From an uncultured delta proteobacterium (lineage in GTDB: Bacteria; Myxococcota_A; Polyangia; Polyangiales; B10-G4), in NCBI GenBank assembly GCA_963727445.1, contig CAVSGI010000015.1:128001-192000 (forward strand): a DNA stretch of 64,000 nt. Reading direction: 5' to 3'. Positions 30,533 to 40,000 of this stretch are shown here, piece by piece. Made by a program: the position numbers and the translations under genes. The first letter of the stretch is position 1. Each line of letters starts with the position of its first letter. The notes beneath the pieces are model-generated. The model was not told the DNA's origin. It did no database searches and saw only the letters and a program-made list of their open reading frames with translations.

Positions 30533-30853
30533 CTACTCTTCGCGGTCGGGCATCCGCGCTTCGATGGCGTCCACGCGCGCGGCGAGCTTCACGAGATCAT
30601 TCTCGATCTGACGGTCTCGGCGCGTGCCCGCCTTGAGCCAGCGTACGACGAAGGTCTGTTGTTGGGCGAGGTCGACCATTGTCAGCTCGAGATGCCCGAG
30701 GCGCTGGTTCGTCTCGTCGAGGCGTGCGTTCGTCACGTCGAGGCGTGCGTTCGTCTCGTCTAGACGACTCGTCAAGTCGACCCGTGTCTCGCGGAGCTCA
30801 TCCCTGATCTCTCGGAGGACTCCGAGCATGAGCGCGTCATCGGTCAACGGCAT
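30533..30853 (-). CDS. Small coiled-coil protein with 7-aa repeats
   Basis: RLDETNA-RLDVTNA-RLDETNQ from 21-bp repeats; GGGAG before ATG. Confidence 0.7.
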   Translation of the reverse strand: MPLTDDALMLGVLREIRDELRETRVDLTSRLDETNARLDVTNARLDETNQRLGHLELTMVDLAQQQTFVVRWLKAGTRRDRQIENDLVKLAARVDAIEARMPDREE

Positions 30854-30940
30854 CTCCCTTCGATTCTAACGCCCGGCCCCAGGCGGGGCCAGGCGTCCCG
30901 TTATCGACGCCGCATCTCTGCGGTTGCGTCCGCGACGGGG

Positions 30941-33271
30941 CTACTGGGCGAGCTCGCGGATCTCGATCTGGTACTGGCCGGTCTCGCCTGCGCGGTAGCT
31001 GTTCGCCCACACCGCGTACGCGCCGTCTCGGGGAGCGGTCCAGACGAGGCGGCTGTCGGTGCCGAAGGCGTCGTCGTTGGCGGCGATGCGCTCATCGGTC
31101 GCCGGATCGACGAGGAGCAGGTAGGTGTCGAAGTCCTCGCTGCGCATGGTGGCGACGTAGGTGTTTCCGCCCGTGACCTCGAGCGGGTAGGCGTCGTAGA
31201 AGCTGCCGTCGCGTGCGGTCTCATCGCCCTCGGCGAGAAGGCCGGTGGCGTGGACGCGCTCCTCGCCGGAGAGCTCCGTGGTGACCGAGAGGGTGTAGGG
31301 GCCGCCGCTGCTCTCGGACGCGGTGTTGGCGATGACATGCACCAGGCCGTCGCTCGTGGCGTCGTAGACGGTGCGGGCCTCACCGACGACGTCGGTGGAC
31401 TGGCTCTGCGTGAGGCGACGCCCGTCGTCGTTTTCGACGAAGACCGCCGGACCGAAGCCCTCGGCGCTCATCACCACCACGTAGGTCTCGCCGGCGGTCA
31501 CGCGGAGCGCGTAGCTGTCGTAGAGCGTGTCGTCCTCGTAGTAGAGCGCGTCCTCTCCCTCGCGAAGGAAGCCTTCGGTGGGCGCATCGGCCACGAGGAG
31601 AGGATCGCCTTCCACACGCGCCGACAAGAGGTAGTTCCCACGTCCGGTGTCGCGCTCGCTCGTGACCAGGACGTCGTATGTGCGCGCCTCGGGCGACGCG
31701 TCTATCACCACCTCGGCGCTCCGGCCGAGCCCGGGGGCGTCGTGACTGGTCATGAGCTCGAAGCCGCCTTCGTCGCGCAGGACCAGGACTGGATCGAAAT
31801 CGGCGGAGCGCAGCGTCAGGACGTAGGTGGTGTCGGGGGCCGCTTGGAAGGGCACGCGATGAAAGGCGCTGCCTTCTTTGGGGCGGCGATCGTCGTCGTC
31901 CGTCAGCTCGTCCTCGCGCGCGGCGCCGACGCCGAAGGCGGGTGTGACGGGTGGGGCGACGAGCGCTGCTCCCGCATCGCCTTCCGCACCTTCGCTGGGC
32001 TGTTGCTGCTGGCGCTCGGCCACGTAGAGGCCGAGGAGGGTGAGCACGCCGATGACGAGGGCGATGATCGCGCCGGTGCGCCAGTCGATGGGCTCGTCCT
32101 TCTCGGCGGCCGTCGGGGGCGCGGGCTCGGGGTCTCCGCTCTTGCTCGCGCGCGAGGCGTCACGAATCGCGCGCGTAGTGCGTGGCGCGGCGAGGTCGAG
32201 CTCGTCGATGGCGTCCACCAGGTCGTCGGCCGACTCGAAGCGCGCGTCCGGGTCCTTCTGCATGAGCCGCTCGAGGATCGCGAGCAGACCGTCGGGCACG
32301 TCGTCGCGATCGATCGGCGCCGGGTCGAGCGTGGCGTGCGCCATCAGCTTCTTGAGCATGAGGCGGTCGGCGAAGGGCGCGCGACCGGTGAGCATGTAGT
32401 AGAGGGTGCAACCGAGACCGTAGAGATCGCTGCGCGCGTCGGCGGCGCTCGGATCGCCCGCCTGCTCGGGCGAGACGTAGTCGAGGGAGCCGACGAGCTC
32501 GTCGATGAAGCTCTTGCGCCCGTCGCCGTCGTCGTCGCGGATGGCGAGACGGGCCAGCCCGAGGTCGACGATGCGCAAGACGCCCTCGTCGTCGACGAGG
32601 AGGTTCGAGGGCTTGACGTCGCGATGCACGAGGCCGGCGTGATGGGCATGAGCGAGGCCTTCGGCGGCCTGGCGCAGATAATCGGCGGCTTCGGTGGCGC
32701 TGAGCGGGCCCTCGCTGCGCACCAGGCGCGCGAGATCGCTACCCGCAACGTGCTCCATCACCAGGTAGAGCCGCCCGTCGTGCTCCGAGGCGTGCATCGC
32801 CGTGACCACGTTTCGGTGTGGGCGAAGCGACGCCTGGGCCTTCACCTCGTCGCGAAAGCGGCGCACGGCGGCCGGGTCGTCGGCGAGGAGGGGCCTGAGG
32901 ACCTTGATGGCCACCGTCTTTTCGAGGTGGCGGTGATGCGCGCGGTAGACCTCGCCCATCCCGCCGTAGCCGAGGAGCTCTTCGATGACGTGATCGCCCA
33001 GCTGCTCGCCGGGCGCCAGGAAGCGGCGACCCGCCGGCACCTCGGGCTCGCTCTCGCCGGCCGGCTCCGCGGCGTCCATCGCGACGCTCGCCGCCGTCTG
33101 ATGAAGCGAAGCGACCAGCTCGAGCTCCTCGCGGAGAGCGTCGCCCAGATCGGGATGGCGCTTCATCCAGGTCTCCACGTCGACCGGCTCGCCGGCGAGG
33201 AGCGCTTCGACGAAGCCGTCGAGGGCTTCGAAGATCCGCGGATCGGTCTCGGGTTCTTCGGTCTCGCTCAC
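30941..33271 (-). CDS. Membrane Ser/Thr kinase with three extracytoplasmic PPC-like domains
   Basis: GGMGEVY, VAIK, HRDVKPSN, DLGLA, YVSPEQ; TM; repeats LRSADFDPVLVL / MSAEGFGPAVFV / MRSEDFDTYLLL..NDD; GTGA overlap with sigma gene. Confidence 0.9.
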   Translation of the reverse strand: MSETEEPETDPRIFEALDGFVEALLAGEPVDVETWMKRHPDLGDALREELELVASLHQTAASVAMDAAEPAGESEPEVPAGRRFLAPGEQLGDHVIEELLGYGGMGEVYRAHHRHLEKTVAIKVLRPLLADDPAAVRRFRDEVKAQASLRPHRNVVTAMHASEHDGRLYLVMEHVAGSDLARLVRSEGPLSATEAADYLRQAAEGLAHAHHAGLVHRDVKPSNLLVDDEGVLRIVDLGLARLAIRDDDGDGRKSFIDELVGSLDYVSPEQAGDPSAADARSDLYGLGCTLYYMLTGRAPFADRLMLKKLMAHATLDPAPIDRDDVPDGLLAILERLMQKDPDARFESADDLVDAIDELDLAAPRTTRAIRDASRASKSGDPEPAPPTAAEKDEPIDWRTGAIIALVIGVLTLLGLYVAERQQQQPSEGAEGDAGAALVAPPVTPAFGVGAAREDELTDDDDRRPKEGSAFHRVPFQAAPDTTYVLTLRSADFDPVLVLRDEGGFELMTSHDAPGLGRSAEVVIDASPEARTYDVLVTSERDTGRGNYLLSARVEGDPLLVADAPTEGFLREGEDALYYEDDTLYDSYALRVTAGETYVVVMSAEGFGPAVFVENDDGRRLTQSQSTDVVGEARTVYDATSDGLVHVIANTASESSGGPYTLSVTTELSGEERVHATGLLAEGDETARDGSFYDAYPLEVTGGNTYVATMRSEDFDTYLLLVDPATDERIAANDDAFGTDSRLVWTAPRDGAYAVWANSYRAGETGQYQIEIRELAQ

Positions 33272-33885
33272 TCCATCGTCTCCCGAAGCTTCTTGAGGGC
33301 GCGCACCCAGATCTGTCGCACCGCCGCTTCGCTCTTGCCGAGACGCGCCGCGATCTCCGCGTGGCCGAGCCCTTCGAAGTGGCGCATCTCGAGGACGCGC
33401 TGCTGCTCGGCGGGCAGGCGCGACAGGCCTTCGAGCATGCGCGACGCCTCCTCGCGCAGGGCGATCTGCCGGCTCGCGGTCGGCGCCCTTCCGACGAGAC
33501 GGGGCGCGGCTTTTTCCTCCTCGTCCTTCGCGTGGATGGCGCGGCTGCCCGCGACGGCGTCCTCCTTGGCGACGTGGCGGCGATCCTGATGCCAATAGCG
33601 GAGCAGGTTCCGCGCCTCGTTGCGGACGATCACCACCAGCCACTTCTGCCACTCGCCGCGGGTGGTGCCGCGGAACTGATCGAAGCGCTCGACGCCGGCG
33701 AGCATCCCCTGCTGCACGACGTCGGAGACGTCCACCTTGCCGGCGAGGCGATCGCGGAGGATCCCGGCCGCCACCGCGCGGAGGTAGGGGCGCACGTCGT
33801 CGGAGGCCCGCCACAGGGCGGAGACGTCCCCCGCGCGCGCCTCCTCGAGCGCCGAGCTCAGGTTCTTCTCGCTGTCCCCGCCCAC
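33268..33885 (-). CDS. ECF sigma factor, planctomycete-like kinase-associated type
   Basis: ARAGD, KVDVSDVVQ, FDQFRGTT..WL, LPAEQQRVLEMRHFEGLGHAEIA..KSEAAVR. Confidence 0.9.
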   Translation of the reverse strand: MGGDSEKNLSSALEEARAGDVSALWRASDDVRPYLRAVAAGILRDRLAGKVDVSDVVQQGMLAGVERFDQFRGTTRGEWQKWLVVIVRNEARNLLRYWHQDRRHVAKEDAVAGSRAIHAKDEEEKAAPRLVGRAPTASRQIALREEASRMLEGLSRLPAEQQRVLEMRHFEGLGHAEIAARLGKSEAAVRQIWVRALKKLRETME

Positions 33886-34032
33886 GACAAGAGCAGGATA
33901 TCCCAGCGGTTTTCAGCCTTCTTCAAAAAAGCTCGGGGCGGCTGTCACAGATCCGACGGGACGGTTTCCAGGTGCTCACGGGCGGAGACGCCCCGACGAA
34001 AGCCGCCCGAAACGAATCACCTGGAGACAGCC

Positions 34033-35235
34033 ATGAACACCACCCTCGCCAAGCTCGCCATCCTCTTCGCCCTCGTCTTCGGCGTCCTCGCGCCCACCGT
34101 CGCGAGCGCCGATTACCACGGCCACACCTACGCGGTGCTCGTGGGCATCTCGGACTACGACGGCGCGCCCCTGCCCCGCACGGACGAGGACGCGGCGCGC
34201 ATCGCCCGCGCCCTCGAGGCGAACATCCCGGCAGACCGCCTCGAGATGCACCTCCTCCTCAACCACGACGCCACCCGGGCCAACGTCGCGCAGGCCTTCA
34301 GCGACATCTCCACCCGAGTGACGCGCAACGACCACGTGGTCTTCTTCTTCTCGGGTCACGGCACGCCGATCGAGGACGCGGGGGTCCGCGACGAGGCGGA
34401 CGGCAAGGACGAGGCGATCGTCCTCATCGACGGAACGATGAGCGACGACGAGCTCGCCGCCGCCCTCGACAACACCAAGGGCGCGACAGCGATGGTCGCC
34501 CTCGACAGCTGCTTCAGCGGCGGCTTCCTCTTCGACGTGACCAACGCGAAGGGCCGCATGGGCTTCTTCAGCTCGGACGAGGACGTGACCAGCGGCGTGC
34601 CCACAGACGCGGGCGGCTACCTCTCGAAGGCGCTCGCCGAGGCCCTCGAGGGTCAGGCCGACGGCGTCGCCGACGGCGTGAGCGGTCAGGGCCGCGACGG
34701 CAAGCTCAGCGCGCTCGAGCTCGAGATGTACGTCCGCAACCACGGCACCCCCGGCGTCGAGGCGAGCGACGACCACGGCCGCACCGTCGGCTACCAGTTC
34801 ATCGACATCAAGCGCAGCGACGTGAGCCCCGACTACGTCTTCATCGCCCTTCAGACCGGCGCGACCCCGGACGCCCCCGTCGCTCCCGAAGAGAACGTTG
34901 TCGCGACCCTCGAAGCGCAGACCCTCCCCGGCACCGTCGACTTCGCCCAGACCCCGAACTTCGGTGACTTCCAGCTCGAGGCCGGCCACACCTACGTCAT
35001 CGAGACCTACGCCCTCGAAGGCGCCACCGACACCGTCCTCGAGCTCCGCCAATCCAGCGACCCGCGTCAGGCCGTGGAGAGCGACGCGGTCGTCGCCGAG
35101 AACGACGACACCGACGGCCTCGCTTCGCGCGTCGAGATCACCCCGAACGAGAGCGGCGCCTACTACGCCCACATCCGCCCCTACAGCGCCGAGACTGGCG
35201 GCACCTTCTCGGTCCGCCTCATCGAGGTGCGCTGA
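34033..35235 (+). CDS. Secreted caspase-family (C14) peptidase with C-terminal PPC-like domain
   Basis: GGAG RBS; signal peptide; AVLVGISDY; FFFSGHG and LDSCFSGG catalytic His/Cys; DTVLEL..ENDD..LASR. Confidence 0.9.
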   Translation: MNTTLAKLAILFALVFGVLAPTVASADYHGHTYAVLVGISDYDGAPLPRTDEDAARIARALEANIPADRLEMHLLLNHDATRANVAQAFSDISTRVTRNDHVVFFFSGHGTPIEDAGVRDEADGKDEAIVLIDGTMSDDELAAALDNTKGATAMVALDSCFSGGFLFDVTNAKGRMGFFSSDEDVTSGVPTDAGGYLSKALAEALEGQADGVADGVSGQGRDGKLSALELEMYVRNHGTPGVEASDDHGRTVGYQFIDIKRSDVSPDYVFIALQTGATPDAPVAPEENVVATLEAQTLPGTVDFAQTPNFGDFQLEAGHTYVIETYALEGATDTVLELRQSSDPRQAVESDAVVAENDDTDGLASRVEITPNESGAYYAHIRPYSAETGGTFSVRLIEVR

Positions 35236-35322
35236 ACGACGAACACGCTTCGCGCGAGCGGCCCGGTCGACTTCATGTCGGCCGGGCCGTTTGGCGTGCA
35301 ACCTTCGTCGGCACACGGGAGC

Positions 35323-35961
35323 TCACCGGCGAGGGTGGCCGTGGCCGCGTCCCCGTCCCGGATGACCGTGGCCGTGTCCGCCTCCGTGGCCCCGCGGATG
35401 GGCCCGAGGCCGATCGTCGTCATCGTCACGGCGCCTGCCGCGATGTCGACCCTGGTCTTCGTTTCCCTGCACGCGGACGTGGCCCGGAGGCCCCGCCGGG
35501 TTCCCCCGAGCGCGCACGCCCACGGTGCGACGGGGCTGCCGGGCTTCGACCCGTCCGTGCCTGGCCGGCCCGCCTCGGACGTGCACCACCCCTCGGTGAC
35601 CGCGTGGGTGGACGACCCGGCGCCGTGCGTTCCGGCGTGCGTGGAAGCCGACGTATCTTCGCGGTCGGTCGATGCGACGGATGGTGGCCGGGACCACGCT
35701 GAGCTGCACCTGCGTCCAGGAGCCGCGATAGACGGGCGAGCGGTACCAGACGCCGCCCGCGTACCGCCAGTAGTAGTCGTGGGCGTAGAACACGGGGACC
35801 GGCTGGTCCTCGACCACCCACACCCCGGGCCCGATGGCCACCAAGGCGGGGGAGCGTACCGTGGCCGTGCCGTAGACGTGGCCCACGCAACCCGCCGCGC
35901 AGGCGAGGATGGCGCTGAGCAGCCACGCTCGAATGAAACCCGGTCCGCGGGTCGCGCGCAT
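35323..35961 (-). CDS. Hypothetical lipoprotein with Trp/Tyr-rich domain and Arg/His/Gly tail
   Basis: AAGC lipobox; VFYAHDYYWRYAGGVWYRS..W. Confidence 0.7.
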   Translation of the reverse strand: MRATRGPGFIRAWLLSAILACAAGCVGHVYGTATVRSPALVAIGPGVWVVEDQPVPVFYAHDYYWRYAGGVWYRSPVYRGSWTQVQLSVVPATIRRIDRPRRYVGFHARRNARRRVVHPRGHRGVVHVRGGPARHGRVEARQPRRTVGVRARGNPAGPPGHVRVQGNEDQGRHRGRRRDDDDDRPRAHPRGHGGGHGHGHPGRGRGHGHPRR

Positions 35962-35963
35962 CG

Positions 35964-36140
35964 TCACCTCGTCGACGACGTCAGGTGACCGATCACGCTC
36001 ACCGCCGCGAGAACCAGGAATCCGACGAAGAGCACCTTGCCGATCCACGCCGCGCCGCCTGCGATTCCGCCGAAGCCGAAGAACGCAGCGAAGAGAGCCA
36101 ACACGAAGAACCCCAGAGCCCATCCCAATACCTTGGTCAT
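35964..36140 (-). CDS. DUF1328 (YtjA/UPF0391) small membrane protein
   Basis: WALGFFVLALFAAFFGFGGIAGGAAWIGKVLF; AAAGGAG RBS. Confidence 0.9.
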   Translation of the reverse strand: MTKVLGWALGFFVLALFAAFFGFGGIAGGAAWIGKVLFVGFLVLAAVSVIGHLTSSTR

Positions 36141-36166
36141 CACATCTCCTTTCGGTCGGAGCGGGT

Positions 36167-36182
36167 TGCGAAGCTCGTGCCA
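36167..36182 (-). promoter_or_regulatory. Sigma54 promoter
   Basis: Minus strand TGGCACG-AGCT-TCGCA upstream of the DUF1328 gene. Confidence 0.75.
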
Positions 36183-36301
36183 GCCGAACGCTCGCAAATC
36201 GGTCTCGGCGCCGAGACAATCCGCCACGATCGAGGCGGGTTTGTTCCGATCTTCTTGTCGCGCTTGCAGCGGGACTAGGGGCCGCATCGAAGGAGGCCCA
36301 C

Positions 36302-36928
36302 ATGCCCAAAGGATTCACTGTCATCGTCATCGCCGCGTTGGTCAGCTGCGCGGGTTGCCAGAACGAGCAGGAAGAGCACGCGCGAGAACGAGCGACGTTC
36401 ACCGTCGGGAGCCAGCCCCAGACGGAGGACACACCCACCGAAACGATCGATCCGGGCGGCGCGCATCCCCAGGACGTGGGCCACGCAGTCGCCGTGATGA
36501 GACCGACCGAGGGCAACACGGCTTCAGGCACCATCACCTTCCGGCAGACCGACCAGGGGGTCGAGGTGAAGGCGGACATCGAGGGGCTGCCGGAGGGTGT
36601 CCACGCCTATCACGTGCACCTGCTCGGCGACTGCAGCGCGCCGGATGGTACGAGCGCGGGCACGCACTTCAACTTCGAAGGCAGCTCGGAGCATCCACCG
36701 GCGGACATCCAGCGCATCACCGGCAACCTCGGCCAGCTCGAGGCGGACGCGAACGGCCGCGCCCAGGCCGAGGCGACGATCCCACACGCATCACTCACGG
36801 GCCGATACTCGATCATCGGCCGCTCCGTGATCATCCACTCGCGCGGCAACGATCCCTCGTCGCCACCGATCGGTAATGCGGGGAGCCGCCTCGCCTGCGG
36901 CGTGATCGGGATGAGCGAAGCCTCCTGA
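36302..36928 (+). CDS. sodC: Cu/Zn-family superoxide dismutase lipoprotein
   Basis: AGGAGG RBS; HAYHVH, GDC, AGTHFN, GRSVIIH, GNAGSRLACGVI. Confidence 0.88.
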   Translation: MPKGFTVIVIAALVSCAGCQNEQEEHARERATFTVGSQPQTEDTPTETIDPGGAHPQDVGHAVAVMRPTEGNTASGTITFRQTDQGVEVKADIEGLPEGVHAYHVHLLGDCSAPDGTSAGTHFNFEGSSEHPPADIQRITGNLGQLEADANGRAQAEATIPHASLTGRYSIIGRSVIIHSRGNDPSSPPIGNAGSRLACGVIGMSEAS

Positions 36929-37062
36929 GCGTCTCGATCGAGGAGACCAAAGAAGCGGTAAGAAGAGACGCGTCGTAGCGAAATGCCCCGATCTCGACCG
37001 TCCTCGCGGTTGCACGGCTCGAAGGAACACGAGTTGCAATCTTCGAGAGCCCGAGGTGAACG

Positions 37063-37500
37063 ATGAAGGAACGAGACGATCGCGACACGACGACTTCGAC
37101 ATCCGAGGACCCCGACGACCCGCTCGCCAGAGCGCGCCGGATCGGACTCGCCGAGGAGCTGCGCGCTCTCGAGGATCGCAGCGCTCTGGAGATCGACGTC
37201 GCACCCCGTGGCGGGCCCCCGAGGCGCAAGGACCTCGTGGTGCTCCCCGACAGGCTCGGACGCCGATATCTCGAGGACGCGACACAGCAGCCCGAGGAGA
37301 TCGAGGAGCTCGATGAAACCGAGCGCGAGGGGACGGGCGACCTTCCACTCGCGACGCTCGGAGAGCGCTACATGCGCGGGCAGTCACCGGAGGCGAGCGA
37401 CGCAGCCGATCGTCTGGTGACGCGGATGCCCGACCGGTCCGAGCACGAAGCCCGCATCTCCAGGCTCGCCCGCGCTACGCACGGGAAGAAGAGCGATTGA
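37063..37500 (+). CDS. Hypothetical acidic protein
   Basis: GAGGTG RBS; LGRRYLEDATQ; weak sigma54-like AGGAACACGAGTTGCA at 37023-37038. Confidence 0.6.
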   Translation: MKERDDRDTTTSTSEDPDDPLARARRIGLAEELRALEDRSALEIDVAPRGGPPRRKDLVVLPDRLGRRYLEDATQQPEEIEELDETEREGTGDLPLATLGERYMRGQSPEASDAADRLVTRMPDRSEHEARISRLARATHGKKSD

Positions 37501-37581
37501 TCGAGACGATCGAGCGCCGAACGGACGCGGCGTGACAGCGAACCATCGGCCGGCCGGCGCGAGGTCGAGTACGATACCGTC

Positions 37582-38403
37582 GTGTCCGTCGATCTCCGCG
37601 AGCTCGTCCCCGCCTTCGTGATCAGCCGTGCGTCAGGGGCCGAGTGGCGCAGCGGGCGAGCCGGAATGCTCTATCGCGATTTGATCCCCGGCCGACAGGG
37701 TGGGCGCTTCATCGCGTCCCAGATCCGGATCCCCGACGGCGGGGACGTGGGGGACTGGGTTCATTTTCACCGCGTTCGCTTCCAGATCATCTTCTGCCAT
37801 CGCGGCTGGGTCCGGGTCGCGTACGAGGATCAGGGACCACCGGTGGTTCTGCGCGCGGGGGACTGCGTGGTGCAGCCCCCGACGATCCGCCACCGCGTGC
37901 TCGAGTGTTCGGACGAGCTGTCCGTTGTCGAGGTGGCGTCCCCGGCTGCGCACGAGACGTGCGCGGACGACCAGCTCACGCTCGAGGCCGACGCCTATCG
38001 ACCACAGCGGACGTTCGAAGGGCAGCGCTTCGTCTTCCATCAGGCGGAGGGTGCCGCGTGGCGCGCTCATCGTCTCGCGGGCTTCGAGGCGCGCGACACG
38101 TCGATCGGTGAGGCGACCGGTGGGGTGGGCGCGGTCGTCGTGGTACGCCCGAGTGAAGCGATCCGCCCGACCGTGTTCAGCCACGACGCAGAACTCCTGT
38201 TCTGGTTCGTGCTCGAAGGGAGGACGACGCTCCACGCGAGAGGCCAGGGCGCCCAGGCACTCGGCCCGGGCGACGCAGTGTGTGTGCCCGCGGGACTCCA
38301 GCACGCGCTGAGCGAGTGCTCGGAGGTGCTGCGCCTCCTCGAGGTGTCGGTGCCAGCAGCCTTCACGACGTGCACGCATCCCGAAGCGGAGGTGCCGGCA
38401 TGA
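37582..38403 (+). CDS. Two-domain cupin protein
   Basis: GRAGMLYRDLIP; HFHRVRFQ..GDCVVQPPTIRH; second cupin HDAELLFWFVLEG..GDAVCVP..H. Confidence 0.85.
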   Translation: MSVDLRELVPAFVISRASGAEWRSGRAGMLYRDLIPGRQGGRFIASQIRIPDGGDVGDWVHFHRVRFQIIFCHRGWVRVAYEDQGPPVVLRAGDCVVQPPTIRHRVLECSDELSVVEVASPAAHETCADDQLTLEADAYRPQRTFEGQRFVFHQAEGAAWRAHRLAGFEARDTSIGEATGGVGAVVVVRPSEAIRPTVFSHDAELLFWFVLEGRTTLHARGQGAQALGPGDAVCVPAGLQHALSECSEVLRLLEVSVPAAFTTCTHPEAEVPA

Positions 38404-39110
38404 TCCGCTGGGCGTTCCTCCTCCTCGAAGAGCACCCCTACGGCCGCGAGATGCTCCAGGCGCTCCTCGACGCGGGGTTCGTCCCGGATCTCGTCATCGA
38501 GGAGCGCTCGAAGATCGCCGAGATCGAACGCGACAAGTTCCTGGTGCGGATGGACGGCTTCCCGATCGCGCCGACGATCAGCGAGCAGCTGACAAAGCGC
38601 ACGGTGCGCAGGGAGATCGTGACGAGTCACAACGATGGCCGCTGCTCACAGCTCCTCTTCGCCCTCGCGCCCGACGTGATCGTCCTGGGCGGAACGCGCA
38701 TCTTGAAACCGGAGGTCTTCGAGACCGCCACTCGCGGCGCGCTCAACTCACACCCGGGTCTGTTGCCCGAGGTGCGGGGCTCGGCGTCGGTGGCGTGGGC
38801 GATCCACCGGGACGAGCCCGTCGGCTGCACCTGTCACTTCATCGAGGCCGGCATCGACACCGGTCCCATCGTAGGCCGCCGCGCGATCGAAGTGCACCGC
38901 GGCGACACCTACGAGAAGCTCTGCCACGCCACCACCGTCCTCTCCGCTCGACTGATGCGCGAAGCGATGGAGGCGCTCCGTGACGGGACCCTGACCTCCG
39001 AGCCCCAAGGCGAAGGCCCACCCGCGCACAAGAACATGCCCGACGAGATGGTCGAAGCCGTGAAACGCAAGCTCAGGGCCGGCGCCTATGCGCGCTTCGT
39101 CGACGAGTAG
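38400..39110 (+). CDS. Formyltransferase-family protein
   Basis: LNSHPGLLPEVRG, GCTCHFIEAGIDTGPI; ATGA overlap with cupin gene. Confidence 0.85.
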   Translation: MIRWAFLLLEEHPYGREMLQALLDAGFVPDLVIEERSKIAEIERDKFLVRMDGFPIAPTISEQLTKRTVRREIVTSHNDGRCSQLLFALAPDVIVLGGTRILKPEVFETATRGALNSHPGLLPEVRGSASVAWAIHRDEPVGCTCHFIEAGIDTGPIVGRRAIEVHRGDTYEKLCHATTVLSARLMREAMEALRDGTLTSEPQGEGPPAHKNMPDEMVEAVKRKLRAGAYARFVDE

Positions 39111-39968
39111 GGCGGCGCTGGGAAGAAGCCGGGCGCTCGAACGCCGGCCCTTTTCGTGATCCCACGCCGTGTACTGCTTCATCTTGGCGTCGACGGCCGA
39201 CGCGACGTCCTTGGTGAAGCCGGGGTAGATGTCGAGGCCGGCCTGGTAGTACGCGGTCCAGTACTCGTGGGCTGCCTCGTGGTAGAGCCTCTCGTCGTGG
39301 GCGGTGGGGTAGTGCTTGGCGTAGAGCTCCTCCTTGGCCTTTCGCTCCGCCAACCAGAGGTTCCACGCCTGCTCGTGTGCCAGGGCATGAACGCCGTTGC
39401 CGAGGTAGAAGGAGGCCGCCGCCATGCCGGGAGTCACCTCGTTCACGGCACCGCAGCTCGCGCACTTCTGCTGTGTCGACGTGGCGAGGGTCTCGACGCG
39501 GATCTTGGCGCCGCACTCCGAGCAGGGGACGCCGCGGGCGATCTCCTCGTCGGCGATCGAACGGAGCCGCCGCGCCCAGTCCGCGCTCTTCTGCATCTCG
39601 ATGGTGTAGTGCGACAGCTCGATGTGATCTTGCATCTGCCGGTACTTCTCCGACGACGCCTCGGGGGCGCTCGAGATCAGCGCCCATTCCTCGGGGGTCA
39701 GGCGGTCGAGCTCGGTGACCTCATGGAGCTCTTCGCGGATCTTCTCGAAGGCGTCGGTCACCTTGGTGCCGAGCCCGTGAAACCGCGATTGAATCGCGCT
39801 GAACGCCGCGCCCATCGGCCCATAGTCCTGCGCGTGCTGTTCCATCAGCTGATCGATCCCCGCGTCGGCTTCCGCCAGCACTTCGTCGATTCGGGCGTTC
39901 ACCTTTGCCAGGAAGCCGTCCCACTTCTCGATGACCTCGTTCACCTTGCTTTGGACTTCCGGGCGCAT
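39110..39968 (-). CDS. Helical protein with double CxxC zinc ribbon; 3' end uncertain
   Basis: GGAGGAG RBS; CSECG...CASCGAVN; frame runs on antisense into the formyltransferase to 38748. Confidence 0.65.
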
Positions 39969-40000
39969 CGCTCTCCTCCTCGCGGGCGGGTCTCTCCTTT

